DNA from: Candidatus Zhuqueibacterota bacterium
GTDB lineage: Bacteria > BS750m-G25
NCBI GenBank assembly: GCA_016783505.1
Contig: JADHWK010000001.1
Span: 1-64,000, forward strand
DNA length: 64,000 bases
Direction of reading: 5' to 3'
Below the pieces are notes generated by a model. That model was not told where the DNA came from, made no database searches, and saw nothing but the letters and a program-made list of their open reading frames with translations. The translations under genes and the position numbers were made by a program. Shown here piece after piece: positions 48,765 through 59,186 of the stretch (the stretch's first letter is position 1; the number at the start of each line of letters is the position of its first letter).

Positions 48765-49925
48765 CTATTTAGCCTTCCCCGCTTTTTCCCGAATGATCGT
48801 CCGGGCGATGACCGATCTTTGAATCTGGTTAGTCCCCTCGTAAATCTGAGTAATCTTGGCGTCCCGCATGAACTTCTCAATGGGATAGTCCCTCATGTAG
48901 CCGTAACCACCGAAGATCTGCACCGCATCGGTAGTGACCTTCATAGCCACATCCGAGGCGAACAGCTTGCACATGGCCGAGGGTTGGGCGATGTTCCTGG
49001 CCCCGGCGTCAATCGTCCGGGCGGCGGAGTAAACCAGGGATCGGGCGGCTTCGATCTGGGTAGCCATGTCGGCCAGCATAAACTGAATGGCCTGAAAGGA
49101 GATGATGGACTGGCCGAACTGCACCCGTTCCCGGGCATACTCGACGGCCAGGTCTAAAGCCCCCTGGGCAATACCCACAGCCTGGGCCGCCACCCCGGGA
49201 CGGGAGCGATCCAGGGTCTTCATGGCCACCATAAACCCCTCCCCCTCATTCCCGATGCGATTCCCCGCCGGCACTTTACAATCCTGGAACAACAGTTCGC
49301 AGGTGGGCGAGGCCCGAATACCCATCTTATCCTCGTGTTTCCCGTAGGAGAAACCCTCAAACCCCTCCTCGACGATGAAGGCGGTAGCGCCCCGGCTTCC
49401 CCTGGAGGGATCTGTGGAGACGATAACAGTATAAAGCTTGGCAACGCCCCCGTTAGTGATAAAATGTTTGGTCCCGTTCATAATATAATAGTCCCCTTTC
49501 CGCACCGCCCTGGTTTGGATCGCCGCCGCGTCGGAGCCGGCGTTGGGCTCGGTCAGGGCAAAGCCAGCCAGCATCTTCCCCGCCGCCAGGTCGGGCAGGT
49601 ATTTCTCCTTCTGTTCCTTGGAGCCACTGATGATAATGGGAAAGGTCCCCAGTGCAGTGGCCGATACCGACAGGGCGATTCCCCCGCATGCCCGTGAAAT
49701 CTCCTCGGTAATCAGTGACAGCTCCATCACCCCTCCCCCCAGGCCACCGTACTCTTCCTCAATATAAAACCGATAAAAATCCATGTCGGCAAATATCTTG
49801 ACCAGATCCCAGGGGAAGGTCCCCTCCTTATCGTATTTCGCAGCCACCGGCTTCACCTTCTCCTGGGCCACCTTCCGGGCCAGGGCCTGAAGCTCGCTCT
49901 GCTCCTCGGTCAATAAATAATCCAT
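48765..49925 (-). CDS. Acyl-CoA dehydrogenase (butyryl-CoA dehydrogenase-like)
   Basis: FALTEPNAGSD, KMGIRASPT, GGYGY, IYEGTNQIQR. Confidence 0.95.
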   Translation of the reverse strand: MDYLLTEEQSELQALARKVAQEKVKPVAAKYDKEGTFPWDLVKIFADMDFYRFYIEEEYGGLGGGVMELSLITEEISRACGGIALSVSATALGTFPIIISGSKEQKEKYLPDLAAGKMLAGFALTEPNAGSDAAAIQTRAVRKGDYYIMNGTKHFITNGGVAKLYTVIVSTDPSRGSRGATAFIVEEGFEGFSYGKHEDKMGIRASPTCELLFQDCKVPAGNRIGNEGEGFMVAMKTLDRSRPGVAAQAVGIAQGALDLAVEYARERVQFGQSIISFQAIQFMLADMATQIEAARSLVYSAARTIDAGARNIAQPSAMCKLFASDVAMKVTTDAVQIFGGYGYMRDYPIEKFMRDAKITQIYEGTNQIQRSVIARTIIREKAGKAK

Positions 49926-50247
49926 TTAACCTCCAAAGTATTTTACTCTTCCAAAAACTCATAGGAACAAGACTCATGTGGTTTAAAGTAAATAAGAATA
50001 TCAGCAGATCAGTAGGAAGGAGATCAGACTACCAAAATATCAGATTTCCATAGAATACTTCCAACCCGTTAATCCTCAAAGACCCACAGTTATTGTTACG
50101 CCTTTAATCTACAAAAATTATAATTTATTCACGACTTTTCATACTTGGAAATTTTCTGTCTCTTCATACCCTTGTCCCCCCATCTCCCCTGGTCCTTTGC
50201 TAACTTAGGGTTAATCGACAATCCCTTTAGCTAAACAGCTATGGGAA

Positions 50248-50955
50248 TTAAAATATTTCCATTTTCTTGAGGGCGTCCTGAGCCGCCCGCTGGCTGGCCT
50301 CCTTCTTGGTTCTCCCTCCCCCCTTACCGATTATACCCCCGCCAACATTCACTTCAATCAAAAAATATTTGTCGTTATCCGGGCCCCGTTCCTCCTTCAA
50401 GATATATATCGGGTCGGCCTCCCCCCTGGCGTGAAGATATTCAAGAAGAGTACTTTTGTAATTCCGGGTCGCCTTTGACTTCAACACCTCGCCTAAGTAA
50501 CGGAAGATAAGACGATGAATAACCCCCTCCGTTTCTTTGTATCCCCCATCCAGATACACCGCCCCCACTACCGCTTCCAGGGCGTCGCCCAGAATAGAAA
50601 GCCTCTGTCGCCCGCCCGTCTTCTCCTCCCCCCGGCCCAGAATCATAAACCGCCCCATATCAAGCTGAAGGGCCCTCCGGGCCAGATGCTTACGGCTTAC
50701 CAACAGGGCCTTGATCTGGGTCAGTTCCCCCTCATCTTTGTCAGGATATTTCTGGTAAAGAAAATCGGCGGCCGCCATGCCTATAACGGCATCCCCCAAA
50801 AACTCGAGCCTCTCGTTGAATCTATCCCCGTAGCTTTTTTCACCTTGGGGAGCGGAGCGGTGGATCAGGGCATGTTCCAGGTACCCCCGGTCCTTGAACC
50901 GATAGCCGAGCTCAGCCTCCAATTCCCCCAGCTTCGGAGATGAATCATTCACCAT
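50248..50955 (-). CDS. rnc: Ribonuclease III
   Basis: NERLEFLGDAV, DALEA, C-terminal dsRBD. Confidence 0.96.
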   Translation of the reverse strand: MVNDSSPKLGELEAELGYRFKDRGYLEHALIHRSAPQGEKSYGDRFNERLEFLGDAVIGMAAADFLYQKYPDKDEGELTQIKALLVSRKHLARRALQLDMGRFMILGRGEEKTGGRQRLSILGDALEAVVGAVYLDGGYKETEGVIHRLIFRYLGEVLKSKATRNYKSTLLEYLHARGEADPIYILKEERGPDNDKYFLIEVNVGGGIIGKGGGRTKKEASQRAAQDALKKMEIF

Positions 50956-50957
50956 GG

Positions 50958-52220
50958 CTATAAAAATCTCTTAAGGGCAAGGCAGGCGTTGTGTCCCCCA
51001 AAGCCGAAGGTGTTACTTAAGGCCACCCTCACAGGACAGGACACCGCTTGGTTGGGGGTGTAGTTGAGGTCACAGTTGGGATCGGGCACTTCGTAGTTGA
51101 TGGTGGGTGGGATCAAGGAATGCTTTATGGCGAGCACACAGGCAATGAACTCAATTCCCCCGGCGGCTCCCAGCAGGTGCCCGGTCATAGATTTAGTGGA
51201 GCTGATATGTACCCGATAGGCATAATCGCCAAAGACGGTTTTGATGGCTTCTGTCTCCAAGCGGTCGTTATAGTCGGTAGATGTACCGTGGGCGTTGATA
51301 TATTCTACATCGCTGGGCTTCAGCCCGCCGTCTTTTAGTGCCAACGCCATTGCCCGCACCGCCCCTTCCCCCCCTGGGGCCGGGGCCGTAATGTGATAGG
51401 CATCGGCCGTTAAGCCAATACCTACCAGCTCTGCTAAGATGTCCGCCCCCCTGCCCTGGGCGTGCTCCAGGGATTCTAAGACAACTATCCCCGCCCCCTC
51501 GCCCATGACAAACCCGTCCCGTTCCTTATCAAAGGGTCGCGAGGCCTGCTGGGGTTGGTGATTGCGGGTGGATATAGCCTTCATGGCGTTGAACCCGGCT
51601 ACCCCCATCCGGGTAATGGGGGCTTCTGCCCCCCCGGCCACCATCGCGTCGGCGTCCCCACGTTGGATGAGGATAGTGGCATCGGCGATGGCGTGGCTGG
51701 CGGTGGCGCAGGCGGAAACGGTGGAGTAATTGGGACCCTTAAGTTTATACTTCATGGAAATGTAACCAGGGGCGATGTCAGCGATTATCATGGGGATAAA
51801 AAATGGGCTGATCCGCCTCGGCCCGTGGGATTGTAATTTGATCACCTGATCCTCAAAGACGTACATACCGCCGATTCCGGAACCCACCACTACCCCGATC
51901 CGATCCAGGTCCTCCTTGTCAAGAACAAGCCCGGAGTCCTCAATGGCCTGAGCGGCCGCCGCCATGGCATAATGGGTGAAGGCGTCCATGCGCCTGGCTT
52001 CCTTGCGGTGGATGAAATCCTCAGGACAAAATCCCTTCACCTCAGCAGCGATCTGGGTGTCGAATCCGGTGGGATCAAACCTGGTGATGCGGTCAACCCC
52101 GCTCCTGCCGTGGATTAGCCCATCCCAAAAATCCTCCACGTTCAACCCCAGCGGGGTAACCGCACCCAATCCGGTAACCACCACCCGCCGATTCGATCTT
52201 CTGTGGGACCGATCAGCCAT
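50958..52220 (-). CDS. fabF: Beta-ketoacyl-ACP synthase II
   Basis: RRVVVTGLG, SACAT, NAHGTST, SNTFGFGGHN. Confidence 0.96.
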   Translation of the reverse strand: MADRSHRRSNRRVVVTGLGAVTPLGLNVEDFWDGLIHGRSGVDRITRFDPTGFDTQIAAEVKGFCPEDFIHRKEARRMDAFTHYAMAAAAQAIEDSGLVLDKEDLDRIGVVVGSGIGGMYVFEDQVIKLQSHGPRRISPFFIPMIIADIAPGYISMKYKLKGPNYSTVSACATASHAIADATILIQRGDADAMVAGGAEAPITRMGVAGFNAMKAISTRNHQPQQASRPFDKERDGFVMGEGAGIVVLESLEHAQGRGADILAELVGIGLTADAYHITAPAPGGEGAVRAMALALKDGGLKPSDVEYINAHGTSTDYNDRLETEAIKTVFGDYAYRVHISSTKSMTGHLLGAAGGIEFIACVLAIKHSLIPPTINYEVPDPNCDLNYTPNQAVSCPVRVALSNTFGFGGHNACLALKRFL

Positions 52221-52242
52221 GATCTAAAGGCATTCCTTAATT

Positions 52243-52485
52243 TTATTCCTTGCTTTCCACCTTTTCCTTGAGATAGTTGACGGCATCCCCGACAGTGGTG
52301 ATCTTCTCGGCATCTTCATCGGGGATTTCGACCCCGAATTCTTCTTCAAACGCCATGACTAGCTCCACCGTATCCAGAGAATCGGCCCCCAAATCATCCA
52401 CAAAGTGGGCCTCGTTAGTCGCCTGAGCCGGGTCCACCCCTAACTGATCGACGATGATCTCCTTAACCCTGTCTTCTAAGGCCAT
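52243..52485 (-). CDS. acpP: Acyl carrier protein
   Basis: [20 protein letters not shown]. Confidence 0.97.
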   Translation of the reverse strand: MALEDRVKEIIVDQLGVDPAQATNEAHFVDDLGADSLDTVELVMAFEEEFGVEIPDEDAEKITTVGDAVNYLKEKVESKE

Positions 52486-52582
52486 GTCTACACCTCCTTT
52501 TCTTTCATTACTTCATTTCCTCTTCCTATATTTTAATGGTAGTCATCAGGTTGGGATAAATGTTCTAAATCCATACCTAAAT

Positions 52583-52757
52583 AAATCCGAAACTCGAATA
52601 TCGAAATCTCTCAGAGCCGTTGGCTCTACGAGCCATAGGCCGAAACAAACTCAAAATACAAATATCAAATGTTCAAAACGTTTAAATCGTATTGTTTTGG
52701 ATTTTGAGTTTTGGTAATTTGTATTTGTTTCGAGATTAGGATTTCGTGCTTCGAATT
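52583..52757. repeat. Long imperfect inverted repeat built of 7-mer units, with an inserted hairpin
   Basis: aaatccgaaactcgaa...caaaac (52583-52679) pairs with gttttgg...cttcgaattt (52694-52757); agagcc-gtt-ggctct insert near 52613. Confidence 0.7.
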
Positions 52758-52759
52758 TT

Positions 52760-53503
52760 TTACATTACCATTCCCCCATCAATATGAACCACCTGGCCGG
52801 TGATATAGCTGGCATCTTCAGAGACCAAAAAGCGCACGGCACGGGCAACATCCTCAGGTTGTCCCGGCCGTTTCAGGGGAATTACCGTTAAGAAGGCCTC
52901 TTTAGCAGCTTCGGGCAGATCTTTGGTCATCTCGGTCTCAATATACCCCGGGGCCACCGCATTGACCCTAACCCCACGGGGGGCCAGTTCCTTGGCCAGG
53001 GATTTGGTCAGCCCGATGAGGCCCGCTTTGGATGCGGCGTAGTTGGTCTGACCGGCGTTCCCCATCACCCCGACAACGGAAGCGATGCTGACAATGACCC
53101 CTCCTCGCTGCTTCATCATAACCTTAGCCGCCGCCCGGCAACAATTGAAGGCTCCTTTTAAATTAACGGCGATTACCCGGTCCCAATCCTCCTCCCCCAG
53201 GCGAACGATGAGATTATCCCTGGTAATCCCGGCGTTATTCACCAGGATGTCAAGCCGGCCGTAGTCAGAGACTGCCCTTTCGATCATTTCCTGGGCCTGA
53301 CCGAAATCGGAGACATCGGTTTTCAGGGCCAGGGCCTTTCCCCCCAGCTCTTTCAGCTCCGATGCTACCCTCTCCGCTCCTTCTATATCAATGTCGGATA
53401 GGACGACAGTTGACCCGCAGGTGGCCAACTCCAGGGCAATGGCCCGGCCGATGCCCCGGCCCGCCCCGGTGACCACGGTCACCTGGTGCTTCAGATTACT
53501 CAT
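52760..53503 (-). CDS. fabG: 3-oxoacyl-ACP reductase
   Basis: TGAGRGIG, NNAGITRD, YAASKAG. Confidence 0.96.
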   Translation of the reverse strand: MSNLKHQVTVVTGAGRGIGRAIALELATCGSTVVLSDIDIEGAERVASELKELGGKALALKTDVSDFGQAQEMIERAVSDYGRLDILVNNAGITRDNLIVRLGEEDWDRVIAVNLKGAFNCCRAAAKVMMKQRGGVIVSIASVVGVMGNAGQTNYAASKAGLIGLTKSLAKELAPRGVRVNAVAPGYIETEMTKDLPEAAKEAFLTVIPLKRPGQPEDVARAVRFLVSEDASYITGQVVHIDGGMVM

Positions 53504-53542
53504 AACTCACCACAGATCATCACGGAATAACACAGATTACGA

Positions 53543-54469
53543 TTACTCCTGGAAAATATTTGCAATCTCCCCTACTGTCCCTACAGTCTGACAGGTCACC
53601 CCCCGGTCAATCCGTTTCAACAGCCCCTGTAGCACCCGTCCCGGTCCCACCTCATAAAATAGGTTAACCCCATCCCTGATCATATTCCCTACCGATTGAG
53701 CCCACCGAACCGGATGGGTTAACTGGGCAACGAGCAGATCCCGAATCTCTCCGGGTCCAGTTACCGGCCTCGCATTCACATTGGCGTAGACCGGAATTTT
53801 TGCCGGCCCGACGGAGGTCTGTTTCAGGGCTTCCCCCAGGCCCCTTCGGGCGTCCTCCATCAGTGGGGAATGAAAGGCCCCGGATACCACCAGCTCCTTT
53901 ACTATCCGGGCACCACTTTCCTCAGCCAGGGCCATGGCCCTATGAACCCCCGCAAGGGTACCTGAAATGACTATCTGTCCCGGGGAATTGAAGTTAGCAG
54001 ACTTAACCACCCCCTCCACTGAGGCCTCACCACAGAGGGCCTTTACCACCTCTTCGGTCAGCCCCATTACCGCCGCCATCGTCCCCAGATGATCCTCTCC
54101 CGCTTTTTGCATCAGCTCCCCCCGAAGTTTGACCAGAGTCAAGGCTTCCTCAAAATCTAAAGCGTCAGCACAGACTAAGGCTGAATATTCCCCCAGCGAA
54201 TGCCCGGCGGCAACGGCGGGTTTGATTCCCCGCTCCTTCAGAATTTCTGAGAGCACATAGCTGTGTACAAAGATGGCCGGCTGTGTGATCTTGGTTTGTT
54301 TCAGCTCCTCTTCGGGGCCTTCGAAAGAAATTTTTTTTAAATCAAAGCCCAAAAGATCAGAGGCTTTATCGTAAACCCGATGGGCAAAAGGGAATTTGTG
54401 GTAAAGATCCCTTCCCATTCCGACATATTGCGAAGCCTGTCCAGGAAAAAGAAAAGCGAGTTTGGTCAT
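53543..54469 (-). CDS. fabD: Malonyl-CoA:ACP transacylase
   Basis: FPGQASQ, TQPA, GHSLGE, SGAFHS. Confidence 0.96.
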   Translation of the reverse strand: MTKLAFLFPGQASQYVGMGRDLYHKFPFAHRVYDKASDLLGFDLKKISFEGPEEELKQTKITQPAIFVHSYVLSEILKERGIKPAVAAGHSLGEYSALVCADALDFEEALTLVKLRGELMQKAGEDHLGTMAAVMGLTEEVVKALCGEASVEGVVKSANFNSPGQIVISGTLAGVHRAMALAEESGARIVKELVVSGAFHSPLMEDARRGLGEALKQTSVGPAKIPVYANVNARPVTGPGEIRDLLVAQLTHPVRWAQSVGNMIRDGVNLFYEVGPGRVLQGLLKRIDRGVTCQTVGTVGEIANIFQE

Positions 54470-54506
54470 GAGGGTAAAATCAGCAATTGTTTCTTTGGTC
54501 TTTTCC

Positions 54507-54584
54507 TTATTTCATTCCTGGAGGCAATATTCGAGCACTATGAACAACTGCCAAAACGTCTATTCTATCTGGTTTGATACGATA
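54507..54584 (-). pseudogene. C-terminal remnant of a RelE/ParE-like toxin
   Basis: Alternative frame reads YRIKPDRIDVLAVVHSARILPPGMK*. Confidence 0.6.
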
Positions 54585-54762
54585 ACCCAAACTTTGCTCG
54601 GACTTCTTTCACATCCAGCGTCTGCCCGGAATCACTATCCAGCAAACCGGCTTCAATTGCCTGGCGCACATAGATTCTATACATGAGATCATCCCAACTA
54701 GCATCTTCAGATAAATCCTCTATCAGATGTTGAGCTTCTTTTTTCACACTAGCCGTTGTCAT
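54565..54762 (-). CDS. Putative antitoxin inserted in the fab operon
   Basis: LIEDLSEDASWDDLMYRIYVRQAIEAGL.D...G..LD..EVR.KF pattern of RelE/ParE-partner antitoxins; AAGGAG RBS. Confidence 0.7.
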   Translation of the reverse strand: MTTASVKKEAQHLIEDLSEDASWDDLMYRIYVRQAIEAGLLDSDSGQTLDVKEVRAKFGLSYQTR

Positions 54763-54912
54763 ATCATCACTCTCCTTTTATTAACTTGTATCTATGGTAG
54801 CTTTGGTAATAATTTAAATATGTCTTGAACGGAGATCACCGGAAATCCAAACGTTTTTCAGATTCCCATTCTCTAGTTTCTAATTTCTAGTTTCTGGTTA
54901 TAGTTTGTATTC

Positions 54913-55908
54913 TTACATTCTCACCAGGGCCGAACCCCAGGTGAACCCTCCCCCGAAGACCACCATCAAGCACAGATCCCCCTCCTTCAGCCGCCGGGCT
55001 TTGCGGGCCTCGTCCAAGGCGATGGGAATGGATGCGGACGAGGTGTTGCCGTAGCGTTCGATGTTCACAAACACCTTTTCCATGGGCATGCCCAGCCGCT
55101 TGGCGGTGGCCCGAATGATACGAATATTGGCCTGATGGGTGATCAAAAGATCAACCTGATCTTTCGTTATGCCCGTCTGCTCTAAGATTTTTATGGCCGC
55201 ATCCCCCATACACTGAACAGCCGATTTGAACACCTCCCGCCCCTTCATCTTGAGAAAATGCAGCCCTTCGTCTACGGTGCGGTGGCTGGCGGGGAATCGG
55301 GACCCCCCCCCGGGGGAGTATAGGAGATCGGCCAGGCTGCCGTCGCTCATCATATAGGTTCCCAGGATTCCCCGGGGGCCGTTGGCGGGCTTTAACAGAA
55401 CCGCACCAGCACCATCCCCAAACAAAACGCAGGTGGCCCGATCCTCCCAATCCGTCATTGAGGTTAAAATCTCAGCACCGATGACCAGGGCGTTCTTATA
55501 TCCCCGGGTCTGGATGAGGCTGTCGGCTAAAGCTAACCCATACACGAAGGCGGAGCAGGCGGCGCTGATGTCGAAGGCAACCGCCTTTTTCGCCCCGAGC
55601 TTGTCCTGAACATAGACGGCGGTGGCCGGAAACTTGGCATCCCCGGTAACCGTGCCCACCAGGAGCAAATCCACATCTCTGGGGTCCGTCTGGCCCTCTT
55701 CCAGGGCCTTCAGAGCCGCTTCAGTGCACAGATCCGAGTTGGCGGTCCCCTCCTCGACGATGAACCGGCTCTGAATACCGGTGCGCTCCCGAATCCACTC
55801 GTCCGTGGTGTCCACAATCTTTTCCAGATCCTGGTTGGTCAGCACCTTAGGGGGCACGGCCCTACCCGTGCCCACGATCATGGAATGGGCTTTATTCTTC
55901 TCAGGCAA
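54913..55908 (-). CDS. fabH: Beta-ketoacyl-ACP synthase III
   Basis: WIRERTGI, AACS, HQAN, GNTSSAS; start placed at the TTG overlapping the plsX end (uncertain). Confidence 0.95.
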   Translation of the reverse strand: MPEKNKAHSMIVGTGRAVPPKVLTNQDLEKIVDTTDEWIRERTGIQSRFIVEEGTANSDLCTEAALKALEEGQTDPRDVDLLLVGTVTGDAKFPATAVYVQDKLGAKKAVAFDISAACSAFVYGLALADSLIQTRGYKNALVIGAEILTSMTDWEDRATCVLFGDGAGAVLLKPANGPRGILGTYMMSDGSLADLLYSPGGGSRFPASHRTVDEGLHFLKMKGREVFKSAVQCMGDAAIKILEQTGITKDQVDLLITHQANIRIIRATAKRLGMPMEKVFVNIERYGNTSSASIPIALDEARKARRLKEGDLCLMVVFGGGFTWGSALVRM

Positions 55909-56911
55909 ATTGGTACTCCGGCCGGGACAACTGTTCCCGGATATGATCATTTATTTTTTCCCCTATCACCCTCAGGGTCATCATGATGGCGTTCTTAATA
56001 GCCAGGGGGGTGGAGGACCCGTGGCAGATGACGGTTATCCCCCGGATGCCCAGCAGGGGCACCCCCCCATATTCTTCGTAGTCAAAACGTTTCTTAACCC
56101 GGTGGAAGGTTGATTTCATCAACAGCGACCCCACCCGGGCGAAGGGGCTTTTTTTCACATCCTCCCGAAATTTACGGTTAATTAGCCGGGGGATACTCTC
56201 GGCAAACTTCAGCAGGATGTTGCCCACAAACCCATCGCAAACCATCACGTCCGCCCCCCCGGCGAGGATGTCTGTCCCCTCGACGTTACCCACAAAATTC
56301 AGGGGGCTTTTCTCAAACAGCCGATGGGCTTGGGTGATAAGGTCATCCCCTTTGGAACTCTCCTGGCCAATGTTGAGCAGGGCCACCCGGGGATCTTTCC
56401 TCTCCAAAATATGGCTTACGTAAATGCTCCCCATAGCCCCGAATTGGACCAGATTGCAGGGCTTCACCCTGGGATTAGCCCCCACGTCCAAAAGCAAGAC
56501 GGGGCCCCTCTCGCTGGGGATGAAGGCCCCGATCACGGGCCGGTGCACACCCGGTATTCTTCCCAGCTTGGTCAGCGAGGCCACCATCGCCGCCCCGGTG
56601 TTCCCAGCGCTGATGACCGCGTCCACCCTCCCTTCCCGATGGAGGCGAATTGCTTCTGTGATGGAAGAATCCCGCTTCTCCCTTATGACAGCGGTGGCCG
56701 CCTCGTGCATGCCCACCACCCCATCGGTATGGACAATCTCCAAACCTTCACCAGCCCACTCAAGATACCCCAGTTCCCGCCGGATGTCGGCCGCCCTACC
56801 GACCAAAACAATCCGGTGTCCCTCCCCCAGGGATTTCAGCGACTCTACCGCCCCAGCCACAACGGCTCCGGGGGCAAAATCCCCCCCCATAGCATCCAAA
56901 GCGATCCTCAC
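55901..56911 (-). CDS. plsX: Phosphate acyltransferase PlsX
   Basis: IALDAMGGDFAP, SAGNTGA, CDGFVGN. Confidence 0.96.
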   Translation of the reverse strand: MRIALDAMGGDFAPGAVVAGAVESLKSLGEGHRIVLVGRAADIRRELGYLEWAGEGLEIVHTDGVVGMHEAATAVIREKRDSSITEAIRLHREGRVDAVISAGNTGAAMVASLTKLGRIPGVHRPVIGAFIPSERGPVLLLDVGANPRVKPCNLVQFGAMGSIYVSHILERKDPRVALLNIGQESSKGDDLITQAHRLFEKSPLNFVGNVEGTDILAGGADVMVCDGFVGNILLKFAESIPRLINRKFREDVKKSPFARVGSLLMKSTFHRVKKRFDYEEYGGVPLLGIRGITVICHGSSTPLAIKNAIMMTLRVIGEKINDHIREQLSRPEYQFA

Positions 56912-56931
56912 GGCTCACCCCTCGGTTATAT

Positions 56932-57114
56932 TTATGTCTCCTTAGGGATGATCACCGACCGACCCCGATAATAGCCGCAGTTAGGACAAACCCGGTGGGG
57001 AAGCTTGGGCTCATGGCAGTTTGGACATTCGACCACCGTGGGCGGGGAGAGCTTCCAATGGGTCCTCCGCTTATCCCGCCTCGAGCGGGAAATCTTTCGT
57101 TTTGGTACAGCCAC
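56932..57114 (-). CDS. rpmF: 50S ribosomal protein L32
   Basis: (M)[20 protein letters not shown]...CPNCGYY. Confidence 0.96.
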   Translation of the reverse strand: MAVPKRKISRSRRDKRRTHWKLSPPTVVECPNCHEPKLPHRVCPNCGYYRGRSVIIPKET

Positions 57115-57203
57115 AGGTTCTCCTTCAATCACAGAGTTGCGAACTCAACCCCTATCAGAAATTCCGAAAAATTTAAATACACATGACACTAAACTTTAGC
57201 AAA

Positions 57204-57372
57204 AAACCGTTGAAACGGTTATAAATGACGTTTTGTGTTTCGATCAACCCCGAAGCTTCGGGGTTATTTATTATCAGTCAGGCGCCAGACCTATTTGAAC
57301 ACGATAGCCCCCGAATTTATTCGGGGGGTATATTTCGCACTAACAATAAAACCAACCAATTTATCGGTTTTC
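57204..57372. repeat. Composite palindromic extragenic element
   Basis: Hairpins aaccgtt-gaa-acggtt, aaccccgaagcttcggggtt and cccccgaat-tt-attcggggg, plus a TCAGTCAGGCGCC unit at 57274. Confidence 0.7.
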
Positions 57373-57424
57373 TTCACTGTACATTATGAAATTTACCAAA
57401 TTTCGGTAACTAGCAAATTTTAAA

Positions 57425-57928
57425 TCAATCCTTTTGCAGCAATTCTTCCAACCCCTTCCAGCGGGGATCAACCGGTCTTTCCCTACAGGCGCATGATTCT
57501 CGGTTAAGGTTCGCCCCGCACTGGGGACACAGGCCTCGACAGTCCTCCTTGCAGAGATGTTTGGAAGGAAGGGCAAGCATCAGGGCTTCCCTGACATCCC
57601 CGCTGAGGTCAATCTCTGAAGTCTGGGGTTTTGACCATCTCACCTCCCCGTTTGGGGGGGAATCAAAATCCCTCGGTGAAGGGAAAAAAACGATGTCAAT
57701 TTTCCCTTCTATACTCCGGTTAAAGAGCTCCAGACAGCGGTCGCAGGTGAATGACCCCGAGGCTTCCGCAGAGAGTCTGACCAGTAGTTGATCCCCGCCC
57801 TTGTCAATGCGGATGTCTGCCTGTAGGTTTCCCTTAAAAAACTCTTCCGGAAGCCCAACCTGGGAGCAGGGAATGGTAAATCGAAACCGGTTGACCCCTT
57901 CTTTCAGCTCTCCAAGTTTAATTTTCAT
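57425..57928 (-). CDS. yceD: YceD/DUF177 protein
   Basis: CDRCL, LCKEDCRGLCPQCGANLN, DPRW; TTGACT-17-TAAATT promoter at 57937-57965. Confidence 0.93.
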   Translation of the reverse strand: MKIKLGELKEGVNRFRFTIPCSQVGLPEEFFKGNLQADIRIDKGGDQLLVRLSAEASGSFTCDRCLELFNRSIEGKIDIVFFPSPRDFDSPPNGEVRWSKPQTSEIDLSGDVREALMLALPSKHLCKEDCRGLCPQCGANLNRESCACRERPVDPRWKGLEELLQKD

Positions 57929-58046
57929 TGGGAGTTAATTTAATACATAAAACCCAAATAGTCAAGAATTTTTTGGGGAATTCCAGATAAGATAAAAATC
58001 TCAAAAACAAAAAACCCCATCGTTGAATGGGGCCTTCTTTCTGAAT

Positions 58047-58163
58047 GTAGCCGCAGGCTTTCGGACAGGAGCCCGACTGACATGCCTGCGCCCTGTCAGG
58101 TCAGTCAGGCGCCTGACTGACGCATGAATGAATGGTATCCTCGCACCCATAAAGGGTGCGGCT
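58047..58163. repeat. GTAG-type REP-like element with nested 20-bp palindromes
   Basis: gtagccgca...tgcggct ends; cgcaccc-ataaa-gggtgcg hairpin; perfect palindrome tcagtcaggcgcctgactga at 58101-58120 and a variant at 58061-58080. Confidence 0.7.
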
Positions 58164-58188
58164 TTTCATGGTAATCCCTCCTTGAATG

Positions 58189-58938
58189 TTAGAAATTCAA
58201 AATTAGTACTCCATTTATCAAAATACCACTTGCATCAACGTCATATCCCAATTCATTCTTCGCAGCCCATTTCATATATATATAAGTAGCATCAATCGAG
58301 AAGTTAAAATCCTCATTTATTTCCACTTCCACACTAAAATAGGTTTGGACAGGGATTAAGCCTTTTTTATAGGAATATCCCTCGTGGGCAAATCCATCAA
58401 TTATTGTTCTCACATGTGAATAACGCATTTTAGTCCAGCCGGGTCCCGTCCCGACACCAAAAGAAAAACCATACAATCTATTCATAGTTAAATTATAGTT
58501 GAGGTTGAATAATAAGACATAAGCAATCAATTGGACCTTCTCAGTTTCTGTAGTAAGATAACTTGGGTTTTCAACGTAAGGTCTTTTCTCTGTAAGTGAT
58601 TTATGGGGATCATTTTCTTGAATTGAGTCAGTGAAATAGTTAAAAGAAATTATATAATTCAATTTATCATAGAAATGTTTTTTCTTAAAAATTATTTTTG
58701 CAATAAAGTCTTTGTCTCCATCAAATTTACCGGCCTTATAAGGAATAAAATATCTATTCGCATCTTCCATCCAAGGTTTATAATACCCCATTCCAATAGC
58801 AAATTTAAAGGGAAGTTTTACGCTTTTCTTTTCAATCTCTGTGTCTTTATCCTGAGCGCCTAGAGAATCAGAAAATAAAACTAATAACAACAACTTGATG
58901 ACCAAAAGAATTCTAATATGCTTCACTATCGGAGACAT
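58189..58938 (-). CDS. Hypothetical outer-membrane beta-barrel-like protein
   Basis: Signal peptide, alternating aromatic/hydrophobic strands, C-terminal Phe; AT-rich relative to its neighbours. Confidence 0.55.
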   Translation of the reverse strand: MSPIVKHIRILLVIKLLLLVLFSDSLGAQDKDTEIEKKSVKLPFKFAIGMGYYKPWMEDANRYFIPYKAGKFDGDKDFIAKIIFKKKHFYDKLNYIISFNYFTDSIQENDPHKSLTEKRPYVENPSYLTTETEKVQLIAYVLLFNLNYNLTMNRLYGFSFGVGTGPGWTKMRYSHVRTIIDGFAHEGYSYKKGLIPVQTYFSVEVEINEDFNFSIDATYIYMKWAAKNELGYDVDASGILINGVLILNF

Positions 58939-59186
58939 GGACAGATTGAATTAATATTTCACCAAACAGGCAAATTCTTTACATCTCTATCTTATTGGCT
59001 AATTCTATTTCAGCAAAAGGAAAGAAAGTGCTAAATTTGAATTGTTAGTTTTCACCGCGTTAAAATAACTATTCTAAATTTAAAATTGACATTAACATAG
59101 AAAACTATAAAACGGATTCTTCATCAAATAGGTAAACATCCTTACGGATGTCACTCCCCGGAATTTTAACTACCCCCTTCCTCGAA

